From Candidatus Eiseniibacteriota bacterium (GTDB lineage: Bacteria > Eisenbacteria > RBG-16-71-46): a DNA stretch of 64,000 nucleotides. Within the stretch, counting starts at the first letter, position 1; every line of letters begins with the position of its first letter. Shown here piece by piece: positions 22,551 to 33,049 of this stretch. Made by a program: the position numbers and the translations under genes. The notes beneath the pieces were generated by a model. The model saw only the letters and a list, made by a program, of their open reading frames with translations, searched no databases and was not told the DNA's origin. The DNA lies in contig CAVZLN010000006.1 in assembly GCA_963776245.1 (NCBI GenBank), positions 128,001 to 192,000 on the forward strand. The letters are read 5' to 3'.

Positions 22551-24314
22551 TCAGAACGCCTGGTTCGAGCCGAACGAGAACACGGCCTCGCGCCGGCCGG
22601 CCGGCGCGGGGCTGAGCGGCCAGGCGACGTCGATGCGGATCAACTGGCTGCTCGAGAGGTGAGGCAGCGCGAGCCGCAGGCCGACACCGGCATCGTGATG
22701 CCAGTCGGTGCCCGCGGCACCGGTGCCCCACGCCCTTCCGGCGTCCCAGAATCCAGCCAGCCCGACGTCGACCAGGTGCCAGTAGTCGCGTCCGATCAGC
22801 CAGCGGTCCTCGGTGTTGAAGCGCCACACCTGGCGGCCGGCGAGCGCGTGCACCGGATACGCGCGCAGCCCGTTCAGCCCGCCGACGACCTGCTGCCAGT
22901 CGCGCGCCATGCGCATGCCCCACGAGCCCCAGCCGGCGGCCACCAGCGTCTGACGGGGCAGCCGCTGGCTCACCCAGCGCGCTTCGACACCGCGGATCAG
23001 CTCCTCGGCGGTGAAGCGGAAACGGGTCGCCATCGCCGCATGCACGGTGCCGAAGCCGAGCGGTGTCTCGGCGCCCGCTCCCAGCGCGAAGCGCGTGTAC
23101 GATTCATCGGTCGTGCTTCCCAGCAGGTGCGGCGAGAACCCGAGCTTGACCGAGGCCAGCGGGCCGACATCGAAGTCCTCGATGCCGGTCATCCGGTCCA
23201 CGCCCCGGCGTTCGATGTACCTCGGCCGCCACAGGACGAGCTCCGCGGCGAGCCGGCGGATGCGCTGCTGTTCCTCGCCCCCGGCGAAGTCGAGGGTCGC
23301 CCCGGGCTGGAGCCGGCTGGGGCCGAGGGTGCGATCGCGCAGGTAGAAGGAGTACACCAGTCGCCGCACGGTGCCGCCCACGCGCCCGCCGCGCCCCCAG
23401 GCGGCCTCGCCCTCCACGCGGCGCTGATCGAATTCGGCGCCGATCGCGCCGCGGTCGAACAGGCGGCCCTGGGAGGTGGTCCGCGACCAGCTCGCGAACG
23501 CGGTGTAGGGCGCGTCCTGGGACCAGAACGGCACCCCCGCGTACACCTGGTTGGTCACACCCGCCGAGCCGGTGCCGGCCGCGATCTGGAGCCGGACGCG
23601 GCTCCCGGCGACCGCGGGATCGTACCAGGCGATGGAGCGGGAGATGCCCGTGGGATCCCTGCGGTAGGCCAGGGCGGCCCACTTGCCGAAGCCGAGCAGG
23701 TTGCGTTCGGTGAGCGCCACCGCGCCGTAGCTCTGCCCGCCGCCCCGCTCGAGATTGAACTCCGCGATCGTGCTCCACACGTCCCGCGTGGTGAGCACCA
23801 CGTCCGCCGAATCGTCGCCGGTCGCGGCGCGCAGCACCACCGGTTCGAGGTAGCTCAGCCCACGCAGCGTCCGGAGCGTCTCGCGCCCGCGTTCGTCGTC
23901 CCAGCGCTCACCGGCCGCGAACGCGAGGTGGTGGCGCACGGTCGCGGGGCGTGTGATGAGGTGGAAGCGATTGGCCGCGCGGTAGAGCGGAGCGAGCCGG
24001 CCGGGTGGGACGGGATCGTAGATGTTGTGCGCCACGATGGTGATCGACCGGATCGGCCGCCCGGCCGCGGACGGTTCGCTCTCGAGCCTGCCACCCGTCG
24101 TGTCCGGCGCCACCACGAGGGTCGCGACCGTGGGCGGCATCACGCCGCCCGGGGCGTCCGACGCCCCGGGCAGCGGCGCGGCGGACGCGCCGGCCGACAG
24201 CGCCGCGCCCGCCGCGAGACCGAGCAGCGCCCTAGCGGCGCTTCGGCACACCCAGGCGCTCACGGGCCAGCTGGGCCTCGCCGGACAGTGGGAAACGCTG
24301 GACGAGATCCTCAA
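22551..24314 (-). CDS. Omp85/BamA-TamA superfamily outer-membrane protein
   Basis: POTRA-like segment (TR..TVR..L.F..GE..D....ET.R.LR), ERNLLG.GK, GG.NGLRAYP, F.DAGRAW and GVGLR; terminal F. Start uncertain because it overlaps cpoB. Confidence 0.75.
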   Translation of the reverse strand: MRISSSVSHCPARPSWPVSAWVCRSAARALLGLAAGAALSAGASAAPLPGASDAPGGVMPPTVATLVVAPDTTGGRLESEPSAAGRPIRSITIVAHNIYDPVPPGRLAPLYRAANRFHLITRPATVRHHLAFAAGERWDDERGRETLRTLRGLSYLEPVVLRAATGDDSADVVLTTRDVWSTIAEFNLERGGGQSYGAVALTERNLLGFGKWAALAYRRDPTGISRSIAWYDPAVAGSRVRLQIAAGTGSAGVTNQVYAGVPFWSQDAPYTAFASWSRTTSQGRLFDRGAIGAEFDQRRVEGEAAWGRGGRVGGTVRRLVYSFYLRDRTLGPSRLQPGATLDFAGGEEQQRIRRLAAELVLWRPRYIERRGVDRMTGIEDFDVGPLASVKLGFSPHLLGSTTDESYTRFALGAGAETPLGFGTVHAAMATRFRFTAEELIRGVEARWVSQRLPRQTLVAAGWGSWGMRMARDWQQVVGGLNGLRAYPVHALAGRQVWRFNTEDRWLIGRDYWHLVDVGLAGFWDAGRAWGTGAAGTDWHHDAGVGLRLALPHLSSSQLIRIDVAWPLSPAPAGRREAVFSFGSNQAF

Positions 24315-25026
24315 GGGCCTTCTTCGCCTGCTCCTTGCGACCGAGCCGGTCCTCGGCCAGCGCCAGCTTGTAGAGCGCCGCGGGCACCTTCTCGCCCCGC
24401 GGCCACGCGGTCTCGACGTGGCGGTACTCGACCGCCGCGCTGTCGAACATCGACTGGGCGAAGAAGCACTCCCCCGCGCCGTACTGCGCGTTGTCCGCCA
24501 GCTCCGAGGCGGAGTCCCGCCGCACCACCTCGCGGAATCCCTGGAGCGCCATCGCGTACCGCCCCTGGGTGAGATCCTGCGCCGCCTGATCGTAGAGCTG
24601 CGTCACGTCGACGGCGGTGGCCGGCGCGGCGGTTCCCGCAACGGCCGGCGCGGTGCGCAGCGCCACCTGGTTGAAGCGCCCCATGACCTCGTCGAGCTTG
24701 CCCTCGAGTCGCGACATCTGCTCGAACAGGTCCTGGGTCGTGCTGCCCGCGGTGGCGCGCGTCGAGAGCAGCACGTCGCGCTGCTCCGCGAGATCGCGGC
24801 GCGTGTCGAGCAGCACCCGGTACGCCACCGAGTCGCGCACCATGAGCGTGTCCACCTGGACGCGCAGGCTGTCGAGCCCCGAGCGCAGCAGCACGAGCTG
24901 CGGCGCCATGCAGCCCGGCAGCGTCGCGGTCGCGACCGCCAGCGCGAGCGCGCCCAGCGGGGCCGCGGCGCGGCGGCCGGTGATCCCGCGCGCCCCCCGG
25001 CCGGGCGCCAGCGGTGCGCGGCTCAT
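24232..25026 (-). CDS. cpoB: Tol-Pal system TPR protein YbgF/CpoB
   Basis: Lipoprotein-like LPGC, a coiled coil, and TPRs (LYDQA..., LADNAQY..GE.FF, KVPAALYKL, LV.RFP.S.EA.LA). Directly downstream of pal. Confidence 0.85.
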   Translation of the reverse strand: MSRAPLAPGRGARGITGRRAAAPLGALALAVATATLPGCMAPQLVLLRSGLDSLRVQVDTLMVRDSVAYRVLLDTRRDLAEQRDVLLSTRATAGSTTQDLFEQMSRLEGKLDEVMGRFNQVALRTAPAVAGTAAPATAVDVTQLYDQAAQDLTQGRYAMALQGFREVVRRDSASELADNAQYGAGECFFAQSMFDSAAVEYRHVETAWPRGEKVPAALYKLALAEDRLGRKEQAKKALEDLVQRFPLSGEAQLARERLGVPKRR

Positions 25027-25547
25027 CACTTGATCACGAGGTGCGCGCGGCGGTTCTGCGCCCACGACGCCTCGTCGCTGCCGGTCGCGAACGGCCGCTC
25101 CTTGCCGTAGGAGATGAGGCTCAGCCGCGAAGCGGCGATCCCGGCGTTCACCAGGTACTCCTTGGCCGCCTGCGCGCGCCGCTCGCCCAGCGCCTGGTTG
25201 TACTCCTCCGTGCCGCGCTCGTCGCAGTGGCCCTCGATCACCACGTTCACCGCGGGGCGGGCGCGCAGCAGGCGCGCGTCGGCATCGAGCACGGTGCGCG
25301 CCTCGGCGGACAGCGCGTAGGCGTCGAAATCGAAGAACACGGGCTGGAGGCCCTCGGCCTGGACCGCCGGGGCCGGTGCCTCGCCGGGGGTGGGTGGCGT
25401 AGTGGGCTCGGGCGTCGGCGTCGCCGTGGTGGGCGGAGGAGCCGGGGGCGTCGGCGGCTGCTGGACCGCCTTCTTGGCGCAGCCGGCGAGCAGCGCGAGC
25501 GCGACCACGACCATGAGCGCCGTGAGGAGACGAGTGGGCTTCATCAT
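25026..25547 (-). CDS. pal: Peptidoglycan-associated lipoprotein Pal
   Basis: Lipobox LLAGC, VFFDFD, IEGHCDERGT.EYN.ALGERRA, SYGKERP and NRRA. Confidence 0.95.
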   Translation of the reverse strand: MMKPTRLLTALMVVVALALLAGCAKKAVQQPPTPPAPPPTTATPTPEPTTPPTPGEAPAPAVQAEGLQPVFFDFDAYALSAEARTVLDADARLLRARPAVNVVIEGHCDERGTEEYNQALGERRAQAAKEYLVNAGIAASRLSLISYGKERPFATGSDEASWAQNRRAHLVIK

Positions 25548-25581
25548 GAGTGACCTCCCGTGTCGGGGATGGAGTGAGGAT

Positions 25582-26859
25582 TCAAGGCGTGCCGGCATCG
25601 GCTGGGAACGGCGACCACGCCGGCGAGTAGGCCTCGCGTCCCCCGGTGTCGAGCCGGCGGGGCGCCCGGTCGTCGAGATCCGAGACGAACAGTCCGCGCT
25701 GGCCCTCGCGGTTCGACGCGAAGACGAGATGGCGGCCATCCGGCGACCAGCGCGGGTTCTCATTGCTGCCGCCCGAGACCGCGAGCCTCAGCCCGCTGCC
25801 GTCCGGCCGACAGGTGTAGAGATCGAACCCCGAGCCGGTGCGCGAGACGAAAGCGATCCGGTCCCCGCGCGGGGACCACGCGGGCGAGTCCGTGTAGCTC
25901 ACTTCGTACGTCAGCCGACGCACATTACCACCATCGCGGTCCATCACGTAGACCTGCGGGGAACCGCTGCGGTCGGAGGTGAAGGCGATCTCGAGGCCGG
26001 TCGGAGACCACGCCGGCGAGGTGTCGATCGACCGGCTCGAGGTCAGCCGCTGCGGCGAACCGCCGCGGGCGTCGAGCCGGTAGATCTCGGGGTTGCCGTC
26101 CAGCGACAGCGTGCAGGCGATCCCGCGCCCGTCGGGCGAGTAGGCGGCGCTGGTGTTGTTGCCGGGACGCCCCGAGATCAGGTGCGCGCGCCCGCCGGTC
26201 GCGGGGATCACCCACACCTGCGGGCCGGTGCCGCCGCGGTACGAGGTGAACAGCAGCAGCGAGCCGTCGGGCGCCCACCCCGGCGAGAGCGCGATCGACC
26301 GATCGGCGGTGAGCGGGCGCGCGTTGGCCCCGTCCGCGTCCATCACCCAGAGTTCCTTCCCGCTCGGGCTGCGCGCCACGAAGGCGATGCGCGTGGACGC
26401 CACGCCGCGCTCGCCGGTGAACTGGAGCACCACATCGTCGGCGAAGCGGTGCACCAGCGTGCGCCAATCCGAGAGCGGCCCGCGGTACTCCTTCAGCAGG
26501 ATGGGGCGCCGTGCCGGCACGTCGCGCACCTCGCCCGCGAAGCGCACCGTGCTGCCGGTGACGGTCCACTTCCCTCCCACTACCGCCTGCACGTCGAAGG
26601 CCTCCTGTCCGGGCGCCCAGGTGCGCGCGACGGTGAACACCGCCGAGCGCTCGAGATCGCTGGCCAGCGTCTCGTCGGCCTGCACCCCGGTCGCGCCGGC
26701 GCTCCGGTCGCCGCCGGCGGCGAGCGGCTCGCACTGGACGCGGATCCGGCGTCCCTGGCCCGAGGTGATGTCGAGACGCACCTCGCTCGGCGGCTGCGCC
26801 GACGCGCTCGCGGCGAGCATCGTGCACGCCAGCACCAGGACCAGCGCGCGCGCGCTCAT
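25582..26859 (-). CDS. tolB: Tol-Pal beta-propeller protein TolB
   Basis: Signal peptide, HRFAD..V...TG, TRIAFV, MD.DG.N and repeated SP.WSPDG (PD40). Confidence 0.92.
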   Translation of the reverse strand: MSARALVLVLACTMLAASASAQPPSEVRLDITSGQGRRIRVQCEPLAAGGDRSAGATGVQADETLASDLERSAVFTVARTWAPGQEAFDVQAVVGGKWTVTGSTVRFAGEVRDVPARRPILLKEYRGPLSDWRTLVHRFADDVVLQFTGERGVASTRIAFVARSPSGKELWVMDADGANARPLTADRSIALSPGWAPDGSLLLFTSYRGGTGPQVWVIPATGGRAHLISGRPGNNTSAAYSPDGRGIACTLSLDGNPEIYRLDARGGSPQRLTSSRSIDTSPAWSPTGLEIAFTSDRSGSPQVYVMDRDGGNVRRLTYEVSYTDSPAWSPRGDRIAFVSRTGSGFDLYTCRPDGSGLRLAVSGGSNENPRWSPDGRHLVFASNREGQRGLFVSDLDDRAPRRLDTGGREAYSPAWSPFPADAGTP

Positions 26860-27521
26860 GGCGTCGCGTACTCGAAGCCGAAGTGCACACCCAGCGTGCC
26901 GCCCGCGAAGCCGAGGGGCAGCGGGGGCAGCGGATCGCTGAGGATCACGGCCCGGGTCGCCGAGCGGTCGAAGAACTCCACGCGGCTCGGGGACTCGAGG
27001 CGCACCGCCGACAGCGAGCCATCGCGCGCGATCCGGAAGAACACCACCGCGCGCACGGGCTGTCCGCCGGTGACGAGCCCCGCGGGCGGACTCCAGGACT
27101 GCGCGATGCGATTGCGCACCAGCAGCAGGTAGTACGTGAACTCGAAGTCCCCGGCGTCCACCGCGATCTGGCCGCGCAGTCCGGTCGAGCCCGCCGGCGC
27201 GTACGGCAACGCGGGCGCCGGTCCGGGCGGGGTCTCGGGCGTCTTCGCCTCGTCGCGGGGCGCCGGCTTCTTCTTCTCGGGGATGGGCTTCACCAGTTTC
27301 ACCCCGGCGGCGTCCTCGGGCACCAGGTCGGGCACCTCGCGCTTCGGCTCCGGCGCGGACGGCCGCGGCGCGAGCAGGGTGGCCGCGGTCGCCGGGTCGA
27401 TCAGCGACACCTGCACCACGTCCGGCCCCGGCACGACGATGGGCGCCCCCGCGCGCACCGCGAACAGGGCGGCGAGCACGGCGAGGTGCGCCACCGCGGA
27501 GCCAATCAGCGCGTGACGCAC
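26856..27521 (-). CDS. Short TolA/TonB-family energy transducer
   Basis: N-terminal TM with S...H (SAVAH), a Pro/Lys-rich linker, and a TonB_2-type C-domain (YY...VR.RI...W, F.I.RDG, S....FD..A.RAV). Confidence 0.82.
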   Translation of the reverse strand: MRHALIGSAVAHLAVLAALFAVRAGAPIVVPGPDVVQVSLIDPATAATLLAPRPSAPEPKREVPDLVPEDAAGVKLVKPIPEKKKPAPRDEAKTPETPPGPAPALPYAPAGSTGLRGQIAVDAGDFEFTYYLLLVRNRIAQSWSPPAGLVTGGQPVRAVVFFRIARDGSLSAVRLESPSRVEFFDRSATRAVILSDPLPPLPLGFAGGTLGVHFGFEYATP

Positions 27522-27522
27522 G

Positions 27523-27930
27523 CTAGCGCCCCTGCGCCGGCGGCTGGGTGACGAGACCGAGCGAGGACACCCCGGCGCGGCGCAGCCGGGCGATCAGCTC
27601 GACCACGTCGCCGTACGGCACCCCGCGGTCGGCCCGCAGGAACACCGGCCGCTGCGCGGCGCCGGCGCGCGCCAGCGCGTCCTCGAGCCGCGCGCGCGCC
27701 ACCCGCGTGTTGCCGAGCGCCACGGTGCCGTCGGTGCGCAGGCTCACCACCAGCCCCTCGCGCACATCGAGCCCCCGCGAGGCCACCCGGGGCAGGTCGA
27801 TCTCGAGCCCGCCCTGGAGGAACGGGGCGGTGACCATGAAGATGATGAGCAGCACGAGCACCACGTCCACGAAGGGCGTGACGTTGATCTCCGCCATCGG
27901 CCGGCGCTCGGGACCCAGGTGCATGCTCAC
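27523..27930 (-). CDS. tolR: ExbD/TolR family protein
   Basis: AEINVTPFVDV.LVLLIIFMVTAP and LRAD..V.YG.V. GTG 27930 is coupled to the tolQ stop (alternative ATG at 27924). Confidence 0.88.
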   Translation of the reverse strand: MSMHLGPERRPMAEINVTPFVDVVLVLLIIFMVTAPFLQGGLEIDLPRVASRGLDVREGLVVSLRTDGTVALGNTRVARARLEDALARAGAAQRPVFLRADRGVPYGDVVELIARLRRAGVSSLGLVTQPPAQGR

Positions 27931-28640
27931 CCCTCGACCCCCGCGATGCGACGATCGAGGAACTCGCTGATGAACTGGGCCGCATGGTTCTCGCGCGCAC
28001 GGAGGCGGCCGGTGAAGTGGTTGTACGCGACCACGGCGGGGATGGCCGCGGCGAGGCCGGCGACGGTGGCGATGAGGGCCTCGGCGATCCCGGGGCCGAC
28101 CACCACCAGCGACGCCGAGCCCTGCGCGCCGATGTTCAGGAACGAGGTCATGACGCCCCACACCGTGCCCAGCAGCCCGATGAACGGCGACACGCTGCCC
28201 GCGGTCGCCAGGGTGCCGACGTGGAGCTCGAGGGCCGCCGCCTCGTCGCCCGCCGCGCGCTCCATGGCGCGCTGCGCGAGCTCGAAGCGGAGCGTCAGCG
28301 GAGCGCCGGGCGCGGAGGCCGCGGGGTGGGTCTCGAGCGCGCGCTGGCCCGCGAGCGAGAGCCGCGCCAGCGGGCTCGCCGGGTGCTGCTGCGCCGCCAG
28401 ACGCAGGTCGGTCCCGGCGGCGAGGCGGCGGAAGGCTGCGAGGAAGTCGCGGTCCGCGCGCTCCGCGCGCGCCATCACACGCAGGCGGTCTGCGATGATG
28501 GCCCAGCAGACCACCGAGATCACCACCAGCAGCACGAGGATGAGCTTGGCGAACAGGCTCGAACTGGCGACCAGCGCGGGGATGGAAGCCCGTACGCCAC
28601 CGGCCTGCAGGATGAGGGTGCCGAGGACCATCGGCTTCAC
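27927..28640 (-). CDS. tolQ: MotA/TolQ/ExbB proton channel protein
   Basis: LAT.GS.SPFIGLLGTVWG and V.PGIAEAL.AT.AGL.AAIPAV.AYN. Confidence 0.9.
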   Translation of the reverse strand: MKPMVLGTLILQAGGVRASIPALVASSSLFAKLILVLLVVISVVCWAIIADRLRVMARAERADRDFLAAFRRLAAGTDLRLAAQQHPASPLARLSLAGQRALETHPAASAPGAPLTLRFELAQRAMERAAGDEAAALELHVGTLATAGSVSPFIGLLGTVWGVMTSFLNIGAQGSASLVVVGPGIAEALIATVAGLAAAIPAVVAYNHFTGRLRARENHAAQFISEFLDRRIAGVEG

Positions 28641-28733
28641 ACTCCTTGTGAAGTCGGGCCGCCGCGCCGCCCGGTACGCCGCGCCGACGTGCGATGTGAG
28701 GAGGCCTTGCGGCCTGGGGAGCAGACAGTCCGC

Positions 28734-28762
28734 ACGCTAACACGCGACCGGCGGGCCCTCAA
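28734..28762 (-). promoter_or_regulatory. Sigma-70-type promoter of the tol-pal operon
   Basis: Minus strand TTGAGG-17-TAGCGT with an extended TG. Confidence 0.5.
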
Positions 28763-29004
28763 GGCCCGGGCGTGCGGCGCACGGACTTTCATGTCCCTTC
28801 TACCCCGCGGACGTCCGCCCATTCCCAACTTCTTCACCGTGAGGCCACATCCCGCGCGCCCATGTCGCCCCCCGGACCGGGTCAAAGGCGTGCAAAAAGA
28901 AGCTCGCGGAGGGCCTGAGGGTTGTGTCGCGGAGCATCGATTCGGATACCCTCATCGCGAGTCGGCCAGCATCCCCCGCCCTCGAAGACCCTGAGGAGTG
29001 CATC

Positions 29005-29502
29005 GTGCCTCGAACTCTCCGCCCCGTGTTCGCCTTCGCGCTCGCGGTCGCCGCGCTGACCGGTCCCGCCGCGCGGGAGTCCTGGGCGGCGGACGCCCAG
29101 GCTCCCATGTTCTCGGTGCGCGCGCTCGACGGCAAGATGCTGCGTCTCTCGGACTACCGTGGGCGGCCGGTGATCCTCGACTTCTGGGCCACGTGGTGCG
29201 GGCCGTGCAAGGCCTCGATGCCCCACCTCACGACCCTGCAGGGTCGCTACCGGGACCGCGGGCTGGTGGTGATCGGCCTGTCGGTGGACGACGGCGATCC
29301 CCAGAAGGTGCGCCGCTTCGCCGACCGCCTGGGCATCGGGTTCCGGGTCGCGATGGCGGACGAGAAGGTGCTCGACCTCTACGGCCCGATCCGCGCCATC
29401 CCGACAACTTTCTTCATCAACCGCCGGGGTGAGGTGGTGCGCCGCGTGGTGGGCTACATCGACGGGGAGACCTTCGAGGGCTACACCAAGGAGATCTTCT
29501 AG
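29005..29502 (+). CDS. TlpA-family thiol-disulfide reductase
   Basis: Signal/anchor, LSDYRG.PV.LDFWATWCGPC and IPTTFFI. GAGGAG Shine-Dalgarno before GTG 29005. Confidence 0.9.
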   Translation: MPRTLRPVFAFALAVAALTGPAARESWAADAQAPMFSVRALDGKMLRLSDYRGRPVILDFWATWCGPCKASMPHLTTLQGRYRDRGLVVIGLSVDDGDPQKVRRFADRLGIGFRVAMADEKVLDLYGPIRAIPTTFFINRRGEVVRRVVGYIDGETFEGYTKEIF

Positions 29503-29724
29503 GCCGGGGCGTCCGGGCCGTGACCTCCCGCTCCGGGAGATCTGGTCCGGATCACACACTCAGACGGCTCTCGTGGCGGGGTCACCCAGCGGGTCGGGGT
29601 GTCGGGTGGATTGACGATGCTGCGGGCCCGGGCCGGACGAGACCACCACCCCGCGCGCGTCGTTGCCCGCCGAACTCCGTGTGACGGCCTCGTCTGCGGT
29701 GGATCGAGTCCGCTCCCGGCCGGG

Positions 29725-29739
29725 TGGCGCGCTCCTTGC
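29725..29739 (+). promoter_or_regulatory. Putative sigma-54 promoter of the FG-GAP protein gene
   Basis: TGGCGCGCTCCTTGC: TGGC.CG-N4-TTGC with GG-N10-GC spacing, about 95 nt upstream of the ATG. Confidence 0.6.
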
Positions 29740-29833
29740 CCCTCCCCAAGTGCGCGTGTGCCGTCCGCCCAAGGGCATCCCCCCTGTGCCCGAACCGCGC
29801 TCCATTTCCCTGACCGATCAAGGGGGCCGCAGG

Positions 29834-32800
29834 ATGCGATCTTCCCTCGTGGCCGCGTTCGCCCTGCTCGTCGCGAGCGGGGCGTCTGCGTCTGGAGCGC
29901 CCTCGCTGGAGGCGACGCCGGCCGCGCATCCGCCAGCGATCGCGAACACCTTCGAGAACTGGCTGCTGGATCCACCCCCACTCTTCACCGAGCTCCCGCC
30001 CCGCGACTCGCTGATCGCGTGGCACGCGCAAGACACCACGCTGCGCGCGCGCGCGGCGCGCCCGCTCAGTTACGAGTGGACCGTCGACACCGCCGCGACC
30101 CACATCCATCTCGAGATGCCACGGTTGCTCCACTCGAGTGCGTCGGAGTACTTCCCTGCCCTGCTGGCGCAAGTGGTCGATCTCGACGGCGATGTGTTCC
30201 CCGAGGTCGTGAGCGTCTCCCCCACATCCAATGAGGTGACGATCCACATGGATGCGCTGGCGGACGACGCCGAACGCCGGGTCACCGTGCCGTTGCCGGG
30301 CTACGCCTTCGGGATGGCGGCGGGAGATCTCGATCGTGATGGCCTGCCGGACCTCGTCTGCTCCACGTGGAAGCCGGATGGCCTGGTGATCCTGCGCGGA
30401 CTCGGGGGCGGCACCTTCGCTCCGCCGGTCACCTATCCGACGGGCCCCGGTGCCCGCGGCCTCGCGCTCGCCGATCTCGATGGCGACGGCGACCTCGACA
30501 TCGCGCTCGCCTGCGCCGGCGACAGCACCGTCCGCGTATTTCTCGGCCGCGGCGACGGCGCGTTCGATGCCGGCGTCACCTGCCCGGTCGGAGACAGCCC
30601 GGCTGCGGTGCTCGCGTCCGACGTCACCGGGGATGGGAGGCTCGATCTGGTCAGCATGGATCAGGGGATGGACCCGGCCTCGAGGTCACTGTCGTGCCTG
30701 GTGAATCTGGGTGCTGGCGCGTTCGGCCCGCGCGTCACCTCCTTGCTGCCATGGCGAGCCTGCGCCATCGCGGCAGGCGATCTCGACGGCGACGGGCGGA
30801 CGGACGTCGCGATGAACGGGTACGGTGGAAGCCTCGTGCTCCTCGGCGATGGAACGGGCCGATTCGTCATCGGCCCGACGTTATCGACGAACGGGGGCCA
30901 GTACAACGCCGGGGTCGCGATCGCGGACCTCGACGGTGACGGCCGATCCGATGTCGTGGTGGGCGAGGCCGGGATACAGAGGGGCGCGACCTTCGCCATG
31001 TTCGGGGTGGTCCACATCCACCGTGGGCTCGACGGCGGAGGGTTCGAAGCCGGCCCGGGCTATCGCACCGTGGGCGCTCTCCAGTCGCTGAGCCTCGGCG
31101 ACGTGGACCGCGACGGGCTCCCCGACGTGCTTGCCGCCGGCGCGGGTAGAGGTTGGCCGGGCGGCGACCCGGGCGTGACGGTGCTCCTCCAGCGCCCGGA
31201 CCATCGGCTGCGGAGTCTCGCCGAGTACGGGCTGCCGCAGCTCCCGTCGTCGGGCTACTCGAGTGGAATCCATTCCGCCCGGGCGGTACGGCTCGGTGGA
31301 TCGGTGGACGACCTGATCGCCGTGACTGTCGATCGTATCCAGCTGATGGTGAACCAGGGCGCGCGCGGCTTCGCTGCGCCGGTCGAGGTGGGCGTGGGAG
31401 CGGTGTGCGCGGTCCGCGATCTCGATCTTGACGGCCTCGACGACGTCCTGGTGCAGAGTGGTGACGTTCTGGGCGTGTTGCGTGGCGGCGCCGGCCACAC
31501 GCTCGCGCCGGGGCAGTGGTCGCTGTCGGCGTACTTCTACATCGCGGTCGGCCAGTTCGGTGGAGACGCTTTCCCCGACCTCATCGTGCGAGACGCGAGC
31601 GGCGCCCTGTTCCTCGCGCGCGGCGTGGGTGGTGGCGAGTTCGCCGCGCCCGTCCCGACCGGGGCGGCGATTCCGGCCGACCCCAGGTTCGGCTTCGGCA
31701 ACCTCGCCGGCAATGGTGTCGACCTGGATCGTGACGATGTGGACGAGATGGTCGTGTTCCGCCAGCGGGACTCCCAGATCCCGGAGTCCGGCGACCACGC
31801 GCCTGACACGCTCGACGTCTTCCGCTGCCTCACCTCCGGCGCACTCGAGCGCGTCGCGATGGTCGCCGTGCCCTGGCCCCCCCGCAGCTACTGGGCGTAT
31901 GACTTGCCCCACCAGGTCTTGTCCGCCGATTTCGACGGCGACGGCTGGCGGGACCTCCTGGCGGTGCGCTACGCACCTGACGACTGCTGCACCAATGGGA
32001 GCTACTGCGCGCTCATGAATCGGGGAGATGGCTCCCTCCGGGTCGCCGAGAGCGGCTGGACACGCCACGGGCTGTCCGAGGCCGCCATCGCCGACCTCGA
32101 CGGCGATCGGCGCGACGACATCCTGTTCAGTGCCGAACACAGTATGGACACCGGCGTGCTCCAGTGGTTGGTGAGCGATGACGACGGCACGTTCTCCGGG
32201 GGCAGCCGGGACGACGTGGGCGACTACCTCACGTCGGTGACGGCGGGGCGCTTCGACGAGGACACACGGCCCGATGTCGCCGTGGCTTCGGGGCGCGACG
32301 TGGTGGTGGGCGTGATCCTGAATGGCACGCCATGGCTCGATCATCCGACGCCGGTGCTCGCCTCGCTGGTCTCCGCGTCGGTGGAGGCCGGCGTGGCACG
32401 CATCGTCTGGAGCATCGACGCCTCGCCGTCCGCCGAGGCGGTGGTGCTGCGCTCCGAAGGCGGCGCGTGGGTGGAACGCGGGCGGTTCCACGCCGAGGGC
32501 GACGGCCGCGTGCGCTTCGAAGACGCTCAGGTCTCCCCCGGCGCGCGTTACGGCTACCGCCTCGCGCTTGCGCAGGGGGGCGCGTGGGTCGTCGTCAGCG
32601 AGACCTGGCTCGACGTGCCGGCCGAGGCCACGCTGGCGCTCGCCGGCGCCTCACCCAACCCGGTGGTCGGCGATCTCACCGTCGCCTTCTCGCTCGCCGG
32701 GAACTCCCCGGCCTCGCTGACGGGCTACGACGTGACCGGCCGCCGCGTGGCCGAGCGGGAGGTGGGCGCGCTCGGCCCGGGCCGGCATCGCGTGCGGCTC

Positions 32801-32893
32801 GCCGCCACGGGCGAACTTCCTGCCGGGCTCTACTTCATCCGGCTCGCGACACCCGAGCGCACGCTGTTCGCGCGTGCAGTGGTCGTGCGGTGA
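29834..32893 (+). CDS. Secreted FG-GAP/VCBS repeat protein with an Ig-like and a T9SS type A/FlgD-like C-terminal domain
   Basis: Signal peptide MRSSLVAAFALL; about 14 D-L/V-D-G-D-G..D repeats (possibly two 7-bladed propellers); C-terminus SPNP...YDVTGRRV...LPAGLYFIRL...RAVVVR. Confidence 0.85.
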   Translation: MRSSLVAAFALLVASGASASGAPSLEATPAAHPPAIANTFENWLLDPPPLFTELPPRDSLIAWHAQDTTLRARAARPLSYEWTVDTAATHIHLEMPRLLHSSASEYFPALLAQVVDLDGDVFPEVVSVSPTSNEVTIHMDALADDAERRVTVPLPGYAFGMAAGDLDRDGLPDLVCSTWKPDGLVILRGLGGGTFAPPVTYPTGPGARGLALADLDGDGDLDIALACAGDSTVRVFLGRGDGAFDAGVTCPVGDSPAAVLASDVTGDGRLDLVSMDQGMDPASRSLSCLVNLGAGAFGPRVTSLLPWRACAIAAGDLDGDGRTDVAMNGYGGSLVLLGDGTGRFVIGPTLSTNGGQYNAGVAIADLDGDGRSDVVVGEAGIQRGATFAMFGVVHIHRGLDGGGFEAGPGYRTVGALQSLSLGDVDRDGLPDVLAAGAGRGWPGGDPGVTVLLQRPDHRLRSLAEYGLPQLPSSGYSSGIHSARAVRLGGSVDDLIAVTVDRIQLMVNQGARGFAAPVEVGVGAVCAVRDLDLDGLDDVLVQSGDVLGVLRGGAGHTLAPGQWSLSAYFYIAVGQFGGDAFPDLIVRDASGALFLARGVGGGEFAAPVPTGAAIPADPRFGFGNLAGNGVDLDRDDVDEMVVFRQRDSQIPESGDHAPDTLDVFRCLTSGALERVAMVAVPWPPRSYWAYDLPHQVLSADFDGDGWRDLLAVRYAPDDCCTNGSYCALMNRGDGSLRVAESGWTRHGLSEAAIADLDGDRRDDILFSAEHSMDTGVLQWLVSDDDGTFSGGSRDDVGDYLTSVTAGRFDEDTRPDVAVASGRDVVVGVILNGTPWLDHPTPVLASLVSASVEAGVARIVWSIDASPSAEAVVLRSEGGAWVERGRFHAEGDGRVRFEDAQVSPGARYGYRLALAQGGAWVVVSETWLDVPAEATLALAGASPNPVVGDLTVAFSLAGNSPASLTGYDVTGRRVAEREVGALGPGRHRVRLAATGELPAGLYFIRLATPERTLFARAVVVR

Positions 32894-33049
32894 CCCGGAC
32901 CCGGCTCGCTCTCCGGAAGCCCGCTCATGTCAGCGTGACTCGTCGTCGAAGTGCCCTGAACTGGCTGCCGCTCTGCGCTTTCTTCGGCCAACACCACGAC
33001 CACCCCCCGCGAATGAGGGTGGTCGTGGTTGACGGCCGGTCACTCCAGT

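Noticed and set aside
28641..29004. Structured ncRNA between tolQ and tlpA
   Set aside because: Nested inverted repeats exist at 28727-28787, but they overlap a promoter, match no family I recognise and are expected at this GC content.
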